From NCBI GenBank assembly GCA_937885645.1, contig CALABJ010000017.1, positions 107,641 to 171,640 on the forward strand: a stretch of 64,000 nucleotides of DNA, read 5' to 3'. Below the pieces are notes generated by a model. The model saw only the letters and a list, made by a program, of their open reading frames with translations. It made no database searches and was not told the DNA's origin. The stretch is from an uncultured Clostridia bacterium. GTDB taxonomy: Bacteria > Bacillota > Clostridia > Christensenellales > CAG-917. Positions 19,617-29,293 of the stretch are shown one piece after another. Position 1 is the first letter of the stretch. Each line of letters begins with the position of its first letter. Made by a program: the position numbers and the translations under genes.

Positions 19617-19847
19617 ATGTCAAGTATGGAAATCAATGTAAATGAATTTTTCCCTAAAAGATTGAAGGAATTGCGATTGCAATTTGGCTATACACAGACG
19701 CAACTTGCTGAGTTATTGCATATCAAGCAACAATCCTACATCCGCTATGAATACGGAACAGGAGAGCCGAATTTGCAGACACTTGTAAATTTGAGTTTGA
19801 TATTCAACGTTTCCGTAGATTTTTTGCTTGGAAAAGCAGATTATTAA
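19617..19847 (+). CDS. XRE-family helix-turn-helix transcriptional regulator
   Basis: LKELRLQFGYTQTQLAELLHIKQQSYIRYEYG is a Cro/C1-type HTH. The ATG at 19626 is an alternative start and could be leaderless, because a TATAAT box spans 19613-19618. Confidence 0.8.
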   Translation: MSSMEINVNEFFPKRLKELRLQFGYTQTQLAELLHIKQQSYIRYEYGTGEPNLQTLVNLSLIFNVSVDFLLGKADY

Positions 19848-19860
19848 ACCGCATAAATAA

Positions 19861-19888
19861 AACCCACTCAAACGAGTGGGTTTTTTGT
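19861..19888 (+). terminator. Terminator of the XRE gene
   Basis: AACCCACTC-AAAC-GAGTGGGTT followed by TTTTTT. Confidence 0.8.
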
Positions 19889-20033
19889 TTGTTTCATGAT
19901 GATTTTTAAGATTATACACATTGAAAAATGAACTTAAAACGCGATAAATCGATAAAGAGCGCGATGTGTTTTACGTATGTTTGCACTTTGTTCTTTTCTT
20001 GTTCTCACACAAAAACGTGATATTTGGATGCAT

Positions 20034-20099
20034 AACAAGAAAGAAACACCGAGGGCAGACCGCAGTGTACTTGTCGTACATAAGGGTTGCACTCGGTGT
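20034..20099 (-). terminator. Long imperfect hairpin plus U-rich tract downstream of pnp
   Basis: ACACCGAG...CTCGGTGT encloses an inner TGTAC-GACAA-GTACA hairpin and is followed by TTCTTTCTTGTT. Confidence 0.55.
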
Positions 20100-20132
20100 G
20101 TCTGACGAAGTTAGGCGCCAAATAGCGCGTTT

Positions 20133-22247
20133 TTAGGCTTTTTTGATGACCTCTTTCAACATAAGATCAACGCGGTGCTTTTCGTCGATCTTGATGACTT
20201 TGACGAGAACTGTGTCACCAACGTTGACAACGTCTGTCACCTTCTCTACTCTTTCCTTTGAAAGTTTTGAGATGTGGATCATGCCGTCTTTGCCGGGTGC
20301 AAAGTTGACGCTTGCGCCAAATTGTCCCTTGTCATTTTCCATGATCTTGACAACTTTGCCTTCATAGATGTCGCCGATTTCAACGTCACGGACGATGTTT
20401 TCAATGATGGTGCGTGCCTTCTTGATTGCTGCTGCGTCATTTGATGCAACAAACACTGTGCCGTCTTCACTGATGTCAATCTTGACGCCGGTTTCTTCGA
20501 TGATCTTGTTGATGGTCTTGCCACCCTTGCCGATGATGTCGCCAAGTTTGTCGGGATCAACTGCAAATGACACGATCTTGGGTGCCCATTTGCTGAGGTC
20601 TGCTCTGGGTGCATCGATGACTTCCATCATCTTGGAGAGAATGTGCAGTCTGCCTTGACGTGCTTGTTCAAGTGCTCTTGTCAAGATTGCTTCGTCGATG
20701 CCCTTGATCTTGATGTCCATTTGGATTGCGGTGATGCCTTCTGTTGTGCCTGCAACCTTAAAGTCCATATCGCCGAGGAAGTCTTCAAGGCCTTGGATGT
20801 CGGTGAGGACTGCAACCTTTCCGCTTTCGGTGTCTTTGATAAGGCCCATTGCAACGCCTGCTACGGGTGCTTTGATGGGCACGCCTGCATCCATAAGTGC
20901 AAGGGTGCTGCCACACACTGATGCTTGGCTTGTTGAACCGTTTGATGAAAGGATTTCACTGACTGTGCGGATTGCATAGGGGAATTCCTCTTCGCTGGGA
21001 AGGACGGGTTCAAGTGAGCGTTCTGCAAGTGCGCCGTGACCGATTTCACGTCTGCCGGGGCTCTTCAAGGGCTTTGCTTCCCCTGTTGAGTAGCCGGGCA
21101 TGTTGTATTGGTGCATATATCTCTTGTAGTAGTCTTCATCAAGACCCTCAAGCTTTTGCACTTCGCTGATTGTGCCGAGAGTACAGGTGGTCATTGCTTG
21201 GGTTTGGCCACGGGTGAACACTGCACTGCCGTGGACTCTGGGGAGCATACCGACTTCACACCAGATAGGTCTGATTTCGGTGAGTGCTCTGCCGTCAGGA
21301 CGGACGCCGTCGTTGACGATCTTTGCTCTGACCTTTTCTTTCTTCAAATAGTAGAGGCTGTCAAGGATGAACTTGGTCTTCTTTGCAACGTCGTTGAAAT
21401 CGTCTGCAAAGTGTGCGAGGACGTCTTCGTCAAGTGCATCTTCTGCAACTTCACGGGCGCTTCTGTCAAAGTTTTCGAGGACTGCGTCCATCTTTTCATT
21501 TGCGTATGCGCGGACTGCTGCGTCGATGTCTTCGGGGATCTTTTCAAGTTCAACTTCTGCCTTAGGCTTGCCCACTTCTGCTTGGATTGATTCGATGAAT
21601 GAGACGAGCTTTTTGATTTCTTCGTGACCGAAAAGGATTGCATCAAGCATTTCCTTTTCTGAAATGATGTTTGCGCCTGCTTCAACCATCATGATTGCAT
21701 CTTTGGTGCCTGCAAGGTTCAAATGAAGCTTTGACTTGGCTCTTTGTTCAAGGTCGGGGTTGATGACGTATTCACCATCAACGTAGCCAACAACTACTGA
21801 ACCGGTGGGGCCTGCAAAGGGAATGTCTGAAATTGAGAGTGCAACTGAGCTTCCAATCATGCCGAGGACTTCGGGTGAAATGTTGACGTCAACTGAAAGG
21901 ACGGTTGCGATGACTGTCACGTCATTGTAAAGTCCCTTGGGGAACAAAGGACGGATGGGTCTGTCGATGAGACGGCTGGTGAGGATGGCTTTGTCTGATG
22001 CTCTGCCTTCTCTCTTCTTGAAACCGCCGGGGATTTTGCCTACGGCATACATCTTTTCTTCATAGTCAACGCCGAGAGGGAAATAGTCCATTCCTTCACG
22101 AGGTGCTTTTGCCATGGTTGCGTTGACCATAACAACTGTGTCGCCACAGCGGACGATACAACTGCCGTTTGCTTGGCCACAGTATGCGCCTGTTTCAATG
22201 ACGAGTTCTCTGCCGCCGAGTGTTGTTTTGAAAATTTTTCTTTCCAT
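20133..22247 (-). CDS. pnp: Polyribonucleotide nucleotidyltransferase (PNPase)
   Basis: 704 aa with two RNase PH domains plus KH (GKGGKTINKI) and S1 domains. Follows rpsO. Confidence 0.97.
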   Translation of the reverse strand: MERKIFKTTLGGRELVIETGAYCGQANGSCIVRCGDTVVMVNATMAKAPREGMDYFPLGVDYEEKMYAVGKIPGGFKKREGRASDKAILTSRLIDRPIRPLFPKGLYNDVTVIATVLSVDVNISPEVLGMIGSSVALSISDIPFAGPTGSVVVGYVDGEYVINPDLEQRAKSKLHLNLAGTKDAIMMVEAGANIISEKEMLDAILFGHEEIKKLVSFIESIQAEVGKPKAEVELEKIPEDIDAAVRAYANEKMDAVLENFDRSAREVAEDALDEDVLAHFADDFNDVAKKTKFILDSLYYLKKEKVRAKIVNDGVRPDGRALTEIRPIWCEVGMLPRVHGSAVFTRGQTQAMTTCTLGTISEVQKLEGLDEDYYKRYMHQYNMPGYSTGEAKPLKSPGRREIGHGALAERSLEPVLPSEEEFPYAIRTVSEILSSNGSTSQASVCGSTLALMDAGVPIKAPVAGVAMGLIKDTESGKVAVLTDIQGLEDFLGDMDFKVAGTTEGITAIQMDIKIKGIDEAILTRALEQARQGRLHILSKMMEVIDAPRADLSKWAPKIVSFAVDPDKLGDIIGKGGKTINKIIEETGVKIDISEDGTVFVASNDAAAIKKARTIIENIVRDVEIGDIYEGKVVKIMENDKGQFGASVNFAPGKDGMIHISKLSKERVEKVTDVVNVGDTVLVKVIKIDEKHRVDLMLKEVIKKA

Positions 22248-22289
22248 TTATATTCTCCTTCTGGGGATTCCATCATCCCCTATTATTAA

Positions 22290-22324
22290 CGAAAATAAAA
22301 TAAGCGAGCGTCAAACGCCCGCTT
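22290..22324 (-). terminator. rpsO terminator/attenuator ahead of pnp
   Basis: AAGCGGGCG-TTTGA-CGCTCGCTT followed by ATTTTATTTT. A rpsO-pnp intergenic hairpin is a conserved arrangement. Confidence 0.7.
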
Positions 22325-22329
22325 GATTT

Positions 22330-22593
22330 TTACTTACGAAGTTCCAGTGCTGCAATGATTGCACGATAACGCTCAATGTCTGTATCCTTGAGATAGTTGA
22401 GCATATTCTTTCTTTGACCAACGAGTTGGAGAAGACCTCGACGTGAGTGGTGATCCTTCTTGTGAACCTTGAGGTGTTCAGTGAGTTCGTTGATTCTTGC
22501 TGTGAGCAATGCGATTTGAACTTCGGGTGAACCGGTGTCGCCTTCTGAGCGGCCGTACTTTGCGATGATTTCTTGCTTTGTTGTCTTATCCAT
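22330..22593 (-). CDS. rpsO: 30S ribosomal protein S15
   Basis: [31 protein letters not shown]...HSRRGLL. The ATG at 22593 is preceded by AAGGAGG, so the track start at 22635 is too long. Confidence 0.95.
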   Translation of the reverse strand: MDKTTKQEIIAKYGRSEGDTGSPEVQIALLTARINELTEHLKVHKKDHHSRRGLLQLVGQRKNMLNYLKDTDIERYRAIIAALELRK

Positions 22594-22682
22594 TTTTTTG
22601 CCTCCTTCTTTGGATAGATGATTCGCTTTCAACAAAGTGGAGATTTGGAGATTATCTAGACCTTGTAGAAAGTACGTTGATT

Positions 22683-22711
22683 ATATTATCATATAAAAAA
22701 TTATTTGTAAA
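22683..22711 (-). promoter_or_regulatory. Sigma-A promoter of rpsO
   Basis: TTTACA, 17 nt, TAATAT. Confidence 0.6.
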
Positions 22712-22785
22712 ACGTTTTGAGGGCGTTTTTCAAGGAATTTTCTATGATTTTTGCCTTATTTTCGGGTTTTATCCTTTGCTAGCCC

Positions 22786-24180
22786 TTATTCCTCTTCAAG
22801 CCAGAAAGCATGCTGACGCTCCATAACCGTGTCAAAGTGTTTGACGTATTCAAGGGGCTCTTTGAAATTGGCGTTCCTAGTGATGAGGTTGATGTCTTTT
22901 CTCCACTTTTTGGAGATTGCGGCTGCGCCAGCGGCGAGGATTGAGGTATCCTCTTCCATAATGTCCACGTTGTAAACGCAGATTTTGTCGGGTTTTGCGT
23001 AGCCCACGTTTTCGAGGTTTCCGCTTGTATATTTTTGGCGGTACATATAGTACGGCACGTAGCCTGCCCCTGTGAGTGCGGTGTAGGCATAGTCCACCAT
23101 TTTTTCTGCGGTGTCGTTGTCAACAGATTGATAGCCACCAACTTTCAGCGCCGAGCCTTTTTTGAGGTACAAGGTGTGGACGGTGACGTTTTCTGCGTCA
23201 AGTTCTACTGCCTTGTCAACGGTGCGCTTAAAGTCCTCAAGGGATTCGCCGGGGAGCATGGCGATAAGGTCCATATTGACGTCAAAATCGTCCTTGGCTT
23301 CACGATAGACTTCTTCTACCATTTCTGCCTTGTGACGGCGTCCAATACGCTCCAAGGTGGCATCGTTGAAGGTTTGAGGATTAATGGAAATTCTGGTGAT
23401 TCCGTTCTTCTTTAACACGTTTAGAACACTGGAATTGATGGTGTCGGGCCGACCTGCTTCAACGGTGAATTCAAAGGGTTTGAAAGGCACAAGTGCGCTG
23501 AGGATTTTGTCCAAATACTCGGTGGGAATTGAGGTGGGTGTGCCACCGCCCACGTACACTGTGCGGATTTTGAGAGACTTCTTTTCAACCACTTCTTTCA
23601 AGAATTCAATCTCTTGAAGAAGGCAGTTGACGTAAGGCTCAATGAGTTTCTTTTGCTTGTCAATTGCAACGGACACAAAGGAGCAATAGGCGCATCTTGT
23701 GGGGCAAAAAGGTATGAAAACAAAGACGTCGTGGCCATCGCCGTCATTGCGGACGGGCTCTTGCACTCTCACTATGGTTTCAACCAAATCCGCCTTCTTT
23801 TTGGACACTGAAAACTCCTTTTCAAACATATCCCTTGCTCTTGCACCTAACTCTCTAAACAGTTTGGTGGGACGAATGCCTGTAAGACAGCCGTAAGGGA
23901 GTGATATGCCCGTGAAGTCCACAACCGCATTGTAGATGGATTCTTTGAGGTAGCGTTTTTCAAGACGCTTTCTTTCCATCTTGTCCTTTGCAGTCACATC
24001 ATACTCAGTGTTGTATGCCCTATTTTCTTCACCTAAAACTACTGAAACAAGCATTCTATCCCCGTCAAATTCATATTTCAAGGATAGGTCAAAGTCCTTG
24101 TCCAATCTGCCGTTGAGGGCGCGGACAAGTTCCATAAGGTCGTTGGTGTAGTTGTCTTCTGTTGCAATAAAATTAATCAT
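22786..24180 (-). CDS. HemZ/HemN-like radical SAM protein (coproporphyrinogen dehydrogenase family)
   Basis: Radical SAM motif FIPFCPTRCAYCSF and a HemN-like C-terminus. 464 aa. Confidence 0.8.
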   Translation of the reverse strand: MINFIATEDNYTNDLMELVRALNGRLDKDFDLSLKYEFDGDRMLVSVVLGEENRAYNTEYDVTAKDKMERKRLEKRYLKESIYNAVVDFTGISLPYGCLTGIRPTKLFRELGARARDMFEKEFSVSKKKADLVETIVRVQEPVRNDGDGHDVFVFIPFCPTRCAYCSFVSVAIDKQKKLIEPYVNCLLQEIEFLKEVVEKKSLKIRTVYVGGGTPTSIPTEYLDKILSALVPFKPFEFTVEAGRPDTINSSVLNVLKKNGITRISINPQTFNDATLERIGRRHKAEMVEEVYREAKDDFDVNMDLIAMLPGESLEDFKRTVDKAVELDAENVTVHTLYLKKGSALKVGGYQSVDNDTAEKMVDYAYTALTGAGYVPYYMYRQKYTSGNLENVGYAKPDKICVYNVDIMEEDTSILAAGAAAISKKWRKDINLITRNANFKEPLEYVKHFDTVMERQHAFWLEEE

Positions 24181-24790
24181 CGAAGTTGATCATATTGTGC
24201 TTTCTTTCGTCATCAAGGGTGGTTGAAAAGCCGTGACCGGGGTGCACTTTGAAGTTGCCGTCAAGGGCGAAAAGTTTGTGGATTGATTTTTTCAATTCAT
24301 TGTAGTTGCCTGTGGGCAAATCCGTTCTGCCATAAGAGGTTTGAAAGAGTGTGTCTCCTGAGAAGATTTGGTCTTCAAGGATGAAACACACTCCCCCTGA
24401 AGTGTGGCCGGGAGTGGCAATGACTGTGATGTCCATATCACCTATGGTGATATGATCGCCGTCTTCAAGAAGGACGTCTGGGGTGAAAGGGTCCATGACA
24501 CAACCCATTTCTATTGCCATATTTCTGCGGTCATTAGCAAGAGTGCCGTCAAGAGTGCTGACGTAAATCTTTGCGTCAGTCAAGTCTTGAAACTCCTTCA
24601 CTGCCCCTACGTGGTCATAGTGGCCGTGGGTGAGAAGTATGCCTTCAACCTTCAAGTTTTGGCTGTCGCAATAGTCCTTTACCTTTTTTGCATTTGCCCC
24701 TACGTCAATAACAAAAGCAACGCCGTTTTTGGAAACGACGTAGCAGTTTGTGAGAAGTTGGCCTACTCTAATTCGTTTGATTTCGGTCAT
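24173..24790 (-). CDS. MBL-fold metallo-hydrolase
   Basis: LLTHGHYDHVGA (HxHxDH) and PGHT motifs. 205 aa. Confidence 0.88.
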   Translation of the reverse strand: MTEIKRIRVGQLLTNCYVVSKNGVAFVIDVGANAKKVKDYCDSQNLKVEGILLTHGHYDHVGAVKEFQDLTDAKIYVSTLDGTLANDRRNMAIEMGCVMDPFTPDVLLEDGDHITIGDMDITVIATPGHTSGGVCFILEDQIFSGDTLFQTSYGRTDLPTGNYNELKKSIHKLFALDGNFKVHPGHGFSTTLDDERKHNMINFDD

Positions 24791-26919
24791 CTATACACCT
24801 CGATTACTCCGCTAAGGTTGCGGATTCTGCCCATCAAGTCATCAACCTCGTTTGCATTGTTGATGAGGATTGAAATGACTGTTTCGGCAGTGCCTTGTGC
24901 ATTGTCTGTTTTGATTGTTGCGCTGGTGATTGAAATTTTTGCAGCGGCAATGTATGCGGTGATTTGAGCAAGAAGTCCGCTCTTGTCTTCAGATATGATG
25001 TGTAGGGTTGCGCTAAAGGACTCTGCTCCGCTGTTGTCCCAGCTGGCTTCAATAAGTCTTTCCTTGCCAAGTCCTGCCACGTTGGGGCAATCCTTGCGGT
25101 GGATTGCAACACCTCTGCCACGGGATATATATCCAACGATTTCGTCCCCGGGGACAGGTGAGCAACAGTGTGCCATACGGACGGTGAAAGATGAATCTCC
25201 ACCGATTAGAATGCCTGTTTTGGAGTGCTTTTGCACTTTCTTCTCCGCAACGACGGGCACTTCGATTGTTTCGATTGGGTGCTCCTTGCGGTGGGCGTCT
25301 ATAAGCTTTGTCAGCACTTGGTTGGTGGTGACTCCGCCAAAACCAACGTTGGCGTAAAGGTCCTCTTCGTTGGTCATTGTCATGCGTTGCAAAATGCTGG
25401 GGAGCGCTGAAACTGACAACAAATCACTGAGTGAATAACCGCGTCTGCGGGATTCTCTTTCAAGCATATCCTTGCCACGACGGACGTTTTCTTCCCTCTG
25501 CTCTTTCTTGAAATATGCACGGATACGTGAGCGAGCACTTGAGGTGCGGACAAATTTGAGCCAGTCAAGGGAGGGTCTGCTGTTTTGTTGTGTTATGAGC
25601 TCAACAATGTCGCCCGTCTGCAATTTTGTGGACAAGGTGACCATCTTTTTGTTGACCTTTGCACCTGTACAATGGTTGCCCACTTCAGAGTGAATCTTGT
25701 AAGCGAGGTCAATAGGCGTTGAGTTGACGGGCAAGTCGTAGACGTCGCCCTTGGGGGTGAACACAAAGACTTCGTCATCAAAGACGTTGATGCGGATGGC
25801 GTCCATAAATTCTCTTGCGCCACCTGCGTCTTTCTCTGCGTCCATAACTTCACGAAGCCAACGGACTTTGCTTTCCATATCGCTCTCCACCCCAGAGGTT
25901 TTGCCCTCTTTGTATTTCCAGTGAGCGGCGATACCATATTCCGCAATCTTGTGCATTTCGTAGGTGCGGATTTGGATTTCAAAGGTTTCGTTGAAGCCTG
26001 TCACCACGGTGGTGTGCAAGGATTGATAGTTGTTTGCCTTGGGCATTGCGATATAATCCTTGAATCTGCCCGGCATAGGCTTCCAAAGATTGTGGACAAG
26101 GCCAAGAAGAGTGTAGCAATCCTTCACTGAATCAGTGATTATGCGGACGGCAAGCAAGTCATAGACTTGGTCTATGTCGATGTTTGCCTTTCTTATCTTT
26201 TTGAGTATGGAATAATAGTGCTTAGGTCTGCCGTTGACTTCACCATGAATGCCCAAATTTTTCAGTTCTTCGGTGAGAGTGTTGCAGATTTGCTCCAAAA
26301 ACACTTGACTTTGACGTCTTATCTCTTGAGTGCGGGACACGATGTCCTCATATTCCGCAGGATAAAGGTATTTCATTGCAAGGTCTTCCAGTTCACACTT
26401 GAAGAAAGAGATACCAAGTCTGCCTGCAAGAGGGGCGTAAATGTCCAAGGTTTCCTTTGAAATGTATTGTTGCTTTTCGGGAGGTAAATACTCCAGCGAG
26501 CGCATATTGTGCAATCTGTCCGCAAGTTTTATGATGATGACACGGAGGTCTCTTGCAAGGGCCATAAACAGTTTGCGGAAGTTTTCTGCCTGTGCTTCTT
26601 CACGGTTGTTGAATTGCAGTTTGTCCAGTTTGGTGACGCCTTCAACAAGGGACAATATTTCTGCTCCGAACATATCACGAAGTTCGTCGGCGGTGACGGG
26701 AGTGTCCTCAAGAACGTCGTGCAAAAACGCGGCTATGACGGTTGAGCTGTCAAAGCCGAAGTCCGCAAGAATTTCGACGACGGCGCAAGGATGGATGAAA
26801 TAGTCCTCTCCTGAACTGCGCTTTTGCCCTGCGTGGGCTTCCCGTGCGAAATCGTGAGCCTTTTTGATCTCACCATAGCGGTCTGGATATGCTTTTCGAA
26901 GTTTGAGCAACAGGTCCAT
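24787..26919 (-). CDS. relA: Bifunctional (p)ppGpp synthetase/hydrolase RelA/SpoT homolog
   Basis: HD hydrolase (HDVLEDT), RelA/SpoT synthetase, TGS and ACT-like C-terminal domains. 710 aa. Confidence 0.95.
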   Translation of the reverse strand: MDLLLKLRKAYPDRYGEIKKAHDFAREAHAGQKRSSGEDYFIHPCAVVEILADFGFDSSTVIAAFLHDVLEDTPVTADELRDMFGAEILSLVEGVTKLDKLQFNNREEAQAENFRKLFMALARDLRVIIIKLADRLHNMRSLEYLPPEKQQYISKETLDIYAPLAGRLGISFFKCELEDLAMKYLYPAEYEDIVSRTQEIRRQSQVFLEQICNTLTEELKNLGIHGEVNGRPKHYYSILKKIRKANIDIDQVYDLLAVRIITDSVKDCYTLLGLVHNLWKPMPGRFKDYIAMPKANNYQSLHTTVVTGFNETFEIQIRTYEMHKIAEYGIAAHWKYKEGKTSGVESDMESKVRWLREVMDAEKDAGGAREFMDAIRINVFDDEVFVFTPKGDVYDLPVNSTPIDLAYKIHSEVGNHCTGAKVNKKMVTLSTKLQTGDIVELITQQNSRPSLDWLKFVRTSSARSRIRAYFKKEQREENVRRGKDMLERESRRRGYSLSDLLSVSALPSILQRMTMTNEEDLYANVGFGGVTTNQVLTKLIDAHRKEHPIETIEVPVVAEKKVQKHSKTGILIGGDSSFTVRMAHCCSPVPGDEIVGYISRGRGVAIHRKDCPNVAGLGKERLIEASWDNSGAESFSATLHIISEDKSGLLAQITAYIAAAKISITSATIKTDNAQGTAETVISILINNANEVDDLMGRIRNLSGVIEVYR

Positions 26920-26924
26920 AATGT

Positions 26925-29195
26925 TTACTTCTTTACGTTCAAATAAATTGCGGATTTATTCAGGTCTGTTTTGTCGTTTGATACGTTGATCACGCCCTTG
27001 TCACTGACTGTGACCAACTTCAATTCCTTGAAGACGGCAAGGATAATCATAAGCTCAATATAATTCAAGCTCTTCACTGAATTGACGGCAGAAAGCAGGC
27101 GGTTGTAGCCTACAAGACGCTCCTTCATAAGAGCCATACGACGCATTTCTCTAAACACAACGCGGAATGCATCGTCATCTATTGTGATATGGGTGGGGGT
27201 GCAATCACCCAGTGTGTAAACTTCGTTTACAGCGTCCTTTATCCACGCCATATAACCCTTTGAGAGGGGTTTGCCGGCAAAGATAACTCTGTCGTAGTAG
27301 GAATACTCAAAATTCTCTTGGGGACACACTATGACTGAATTGACGGGGCCAAGCATTCTTGCCCCTGCCACAAGCATAGGAAGTGATGAAATCTTTTCAC
27401 TCTTTGATGAAAGGACATCGTACTCGTCTGCGCTGAAGCAGACGATGAGAGTGCCGAAGGGTTTGTCAAGACACTTTTCAACTTGCTCTACCGTTGCTGA
27501 GGGGATTTCACAATCACCTTTATAGGACAGTTGATGCAGGTTGACAAGGGTGCTTTCTTCCTTGGTCATTGTCACTTTGTTTGCCTTGAAGGCACGGATT
27601 ATGCCTTGGGCGGTTTGACGATTTTGATATACGTTGACACCGAGCGTGACGTTGAATTCCTTTTCGCCCCTCGTTGAGCCGAGGCTGTGCTCGTATTTGC
27701 CGAAGCCCACAAGGTCAACACCTTTCAGTGAGCATTTGACGTGCTTTGACACGCCTATGCGGTCAAACTTGAAATCACCTTTGATGAGGAAACTAGGTTC
27801 GGGATTGCCGTATCCTGTGGGCTCAAGCAAGGCAAGTTCCTTTGCAAAGGGCAAAAGATTGGTGCTTGCGTCAAGCTCCATATCATAATCAAAGGTTGGC
27901 AGGAATGCTTCCTTATCTATACGGGATAAAATCTCGTTGTTGATGCCTTCCTTGAAAGTGTCAAAGTTGTCAACAGGTAAAGTGACACCTGCCGCTTGTG
28001 AGTGTCCACCAAAAGTGGTGAACAAATGTGAAAACTTTGAAAGCTCTTCAAAGAGGTTGACTTCCTTTATTGAACGGGCTGAGCCCTTGTATTGGTCTCC
28101 GCTTCTGGTGAACAGAATTGCGGGGAATTTGAACTCCTCTACAAGCCTTGCTGCGGCGATGCCAAGGACACCTGCTTCCCAGTTTTCACCGGCAAGCACT
28201 ATTGCGCCTATTTTGTTGAAATCCGTGTTTGAAAGCATTGATTTGGCTTCATTAACCACGGTTTCGCAAATGTTTTGGCGTTTTTGGTTGTCGCTTTCAA
28301 GGTCTTCACAAAGGTTGCGAAGGAGGAATATGTCGTCTTCAAGAAACAGGTCAACTGTCTTCATGGCTGAGCCAAGTCTGCCTGCTGCGTTGATGCGAGG
28401 GGCAAGTTTGAACATGACGTCGTGAGAGGTCAGTCTTTCTGTGCCAAGCAAGAGTTTGATGCCCTTTCTTGGTGAAGTTGCCATCTGTTTCAATCCGTAA
28501 TATGCGATGATACGATTGTCGTCTTTGAGGGGCACAACGTCTGCAATGGTGGATATGGCGGCTATGTCAAGATACTTCTTTATCTCTTCTCTGCCTGCCA
28601 TAGCTTCAACCAGTTTCAGTGCAACTCCTGCACCGCAGAAATCGTAAAAGCCTTCTCTTTTCACCTTGGGGTCAATGACTATGCAGTCTGGCAAAACGTC
28701 CTGAGGCTCGTGGTGGTCGGTGACGATGACGTCAATGCCTTCCCCTTTCAAATATTCCACTTCCTCACTGGCGGTGATGCCACAGTCAACGGTGATGACA
28801 AGGTCGGGACGACGGCGGGAAATCAAGCTCTTCAAGGTGTCCACGTTCATGCCATAGCCGTCTGTGACACGGTTGGGGATGAAATATTTGACGTCAAGTT
28901 TGTCACGGAGATACAACATCAAAATGGATATTGCGCCTATGCCGTCACAGTCGTAGTCGCCAAAGATGAGCACCTTTTCTCTCTTCAAGATTGCCCTTTT
29001 GATTCTCTCTGCGCCTTCACGCATGCCGTCAATGTCAAAGGGTGAGGACATCTTGTCAAGTGAAGGACGGAGGAAAGACAAAATCTCGTCTTCGGTGTCA
29101 AGACCACGCATTGCCAAAATGCGCATGAAATCATCGGACAAGCCGAGTTTTCTTGCCATTGCGGTTTGGGTGGGTGTGAGTGCCGTTCTTTCCAT
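26925..29195 (-). CDS. recJ: Single-stranded-DNA-specific exonuclease RecJ
   Basis: DHH motifs (GDYDCDGI, TVDCG, VTDHH) and a DHHA1 domain. 756 aa. Confidence 0.93.
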   Translation of the reverse strand: MERTALTPTQTAMARKLGLSDDFMRILAMRGLDTEDEILSFLRPSLDKMSSPFDIDGMREGAERIKRAILKREKVLIFGDYDCDGIGAISILMLYLRDKLDVKYFIPNRVTDGYGMNVDTLKSLISRRRPDLVITVDCGITASEEVEYLKGEGIDVIVTDHHEPQDVLPDCIVIDPKVKREGFYDFCGAGVALKLVEAMAGREEIKKYLDIAAISTIADVVPLKDDNRIIAYYGLKQMATSPRKGIKLLLGTERLTSHDVMFKLAPRINAAGRLGSAMKTVDLFLEDDIFLLRNLCEDLESDNQKRQNICETVVNEAKSMLSNTDFNKIGAIVLAGENWEAGVLGIAAARLVEEFKFPAILFTRSGDQYKGSARSIKEVNLFEELSKFSHLFTTFGGHSQAAGVTLPVDNFDTFKEGINNEILSRIDKEAFLPTFDYDMELDASTNLLPFAKELALLEPTGYGNPEPSFLIKGDFKFDRIGVSKHVKCSLKGVDLVGFGKYEHSLGSTRGEKEFNVTLGVNVYQNRQTAQGIIRAFKANKVTMTKEESTLVNLHQLSYKGDCEIPSATVEQVEKCLDKPFGTLIVCFSADEYDVLSSKSEKISSLPMLVAGARMLGPVNSVIVCPQENFEYSYYDRVIFAGKPLSKGYMAWIKDAVNEVYTLGDCTPTHITIDDDAFRVVFREMRRMALMKERLVGYNRLLSAVNSVKSLNYIELMIILAVFKELKLVTVSDKGVINVSNDKTDLNKSAIYLNVKK

Positions 29196-29242
29196 TGACG
29201 AGTTTGTCCTTTTTCAGTGTGTTTTCAGTGGGTTTCGCCCAC

Positions 29243-29279
29243 AAAAAATAGAACTACCCCCAAAGTGACTTGGGGGTAG
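29243..29279 (-). terminator. secF terminator
   Basis: 9-bp stem CTACCCCCA/TGGGGGTAG followed by TTCTATTTTTT. Confidence 0.75.
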
Positions 29280-29293
29280 CATAAGAAACGTGA

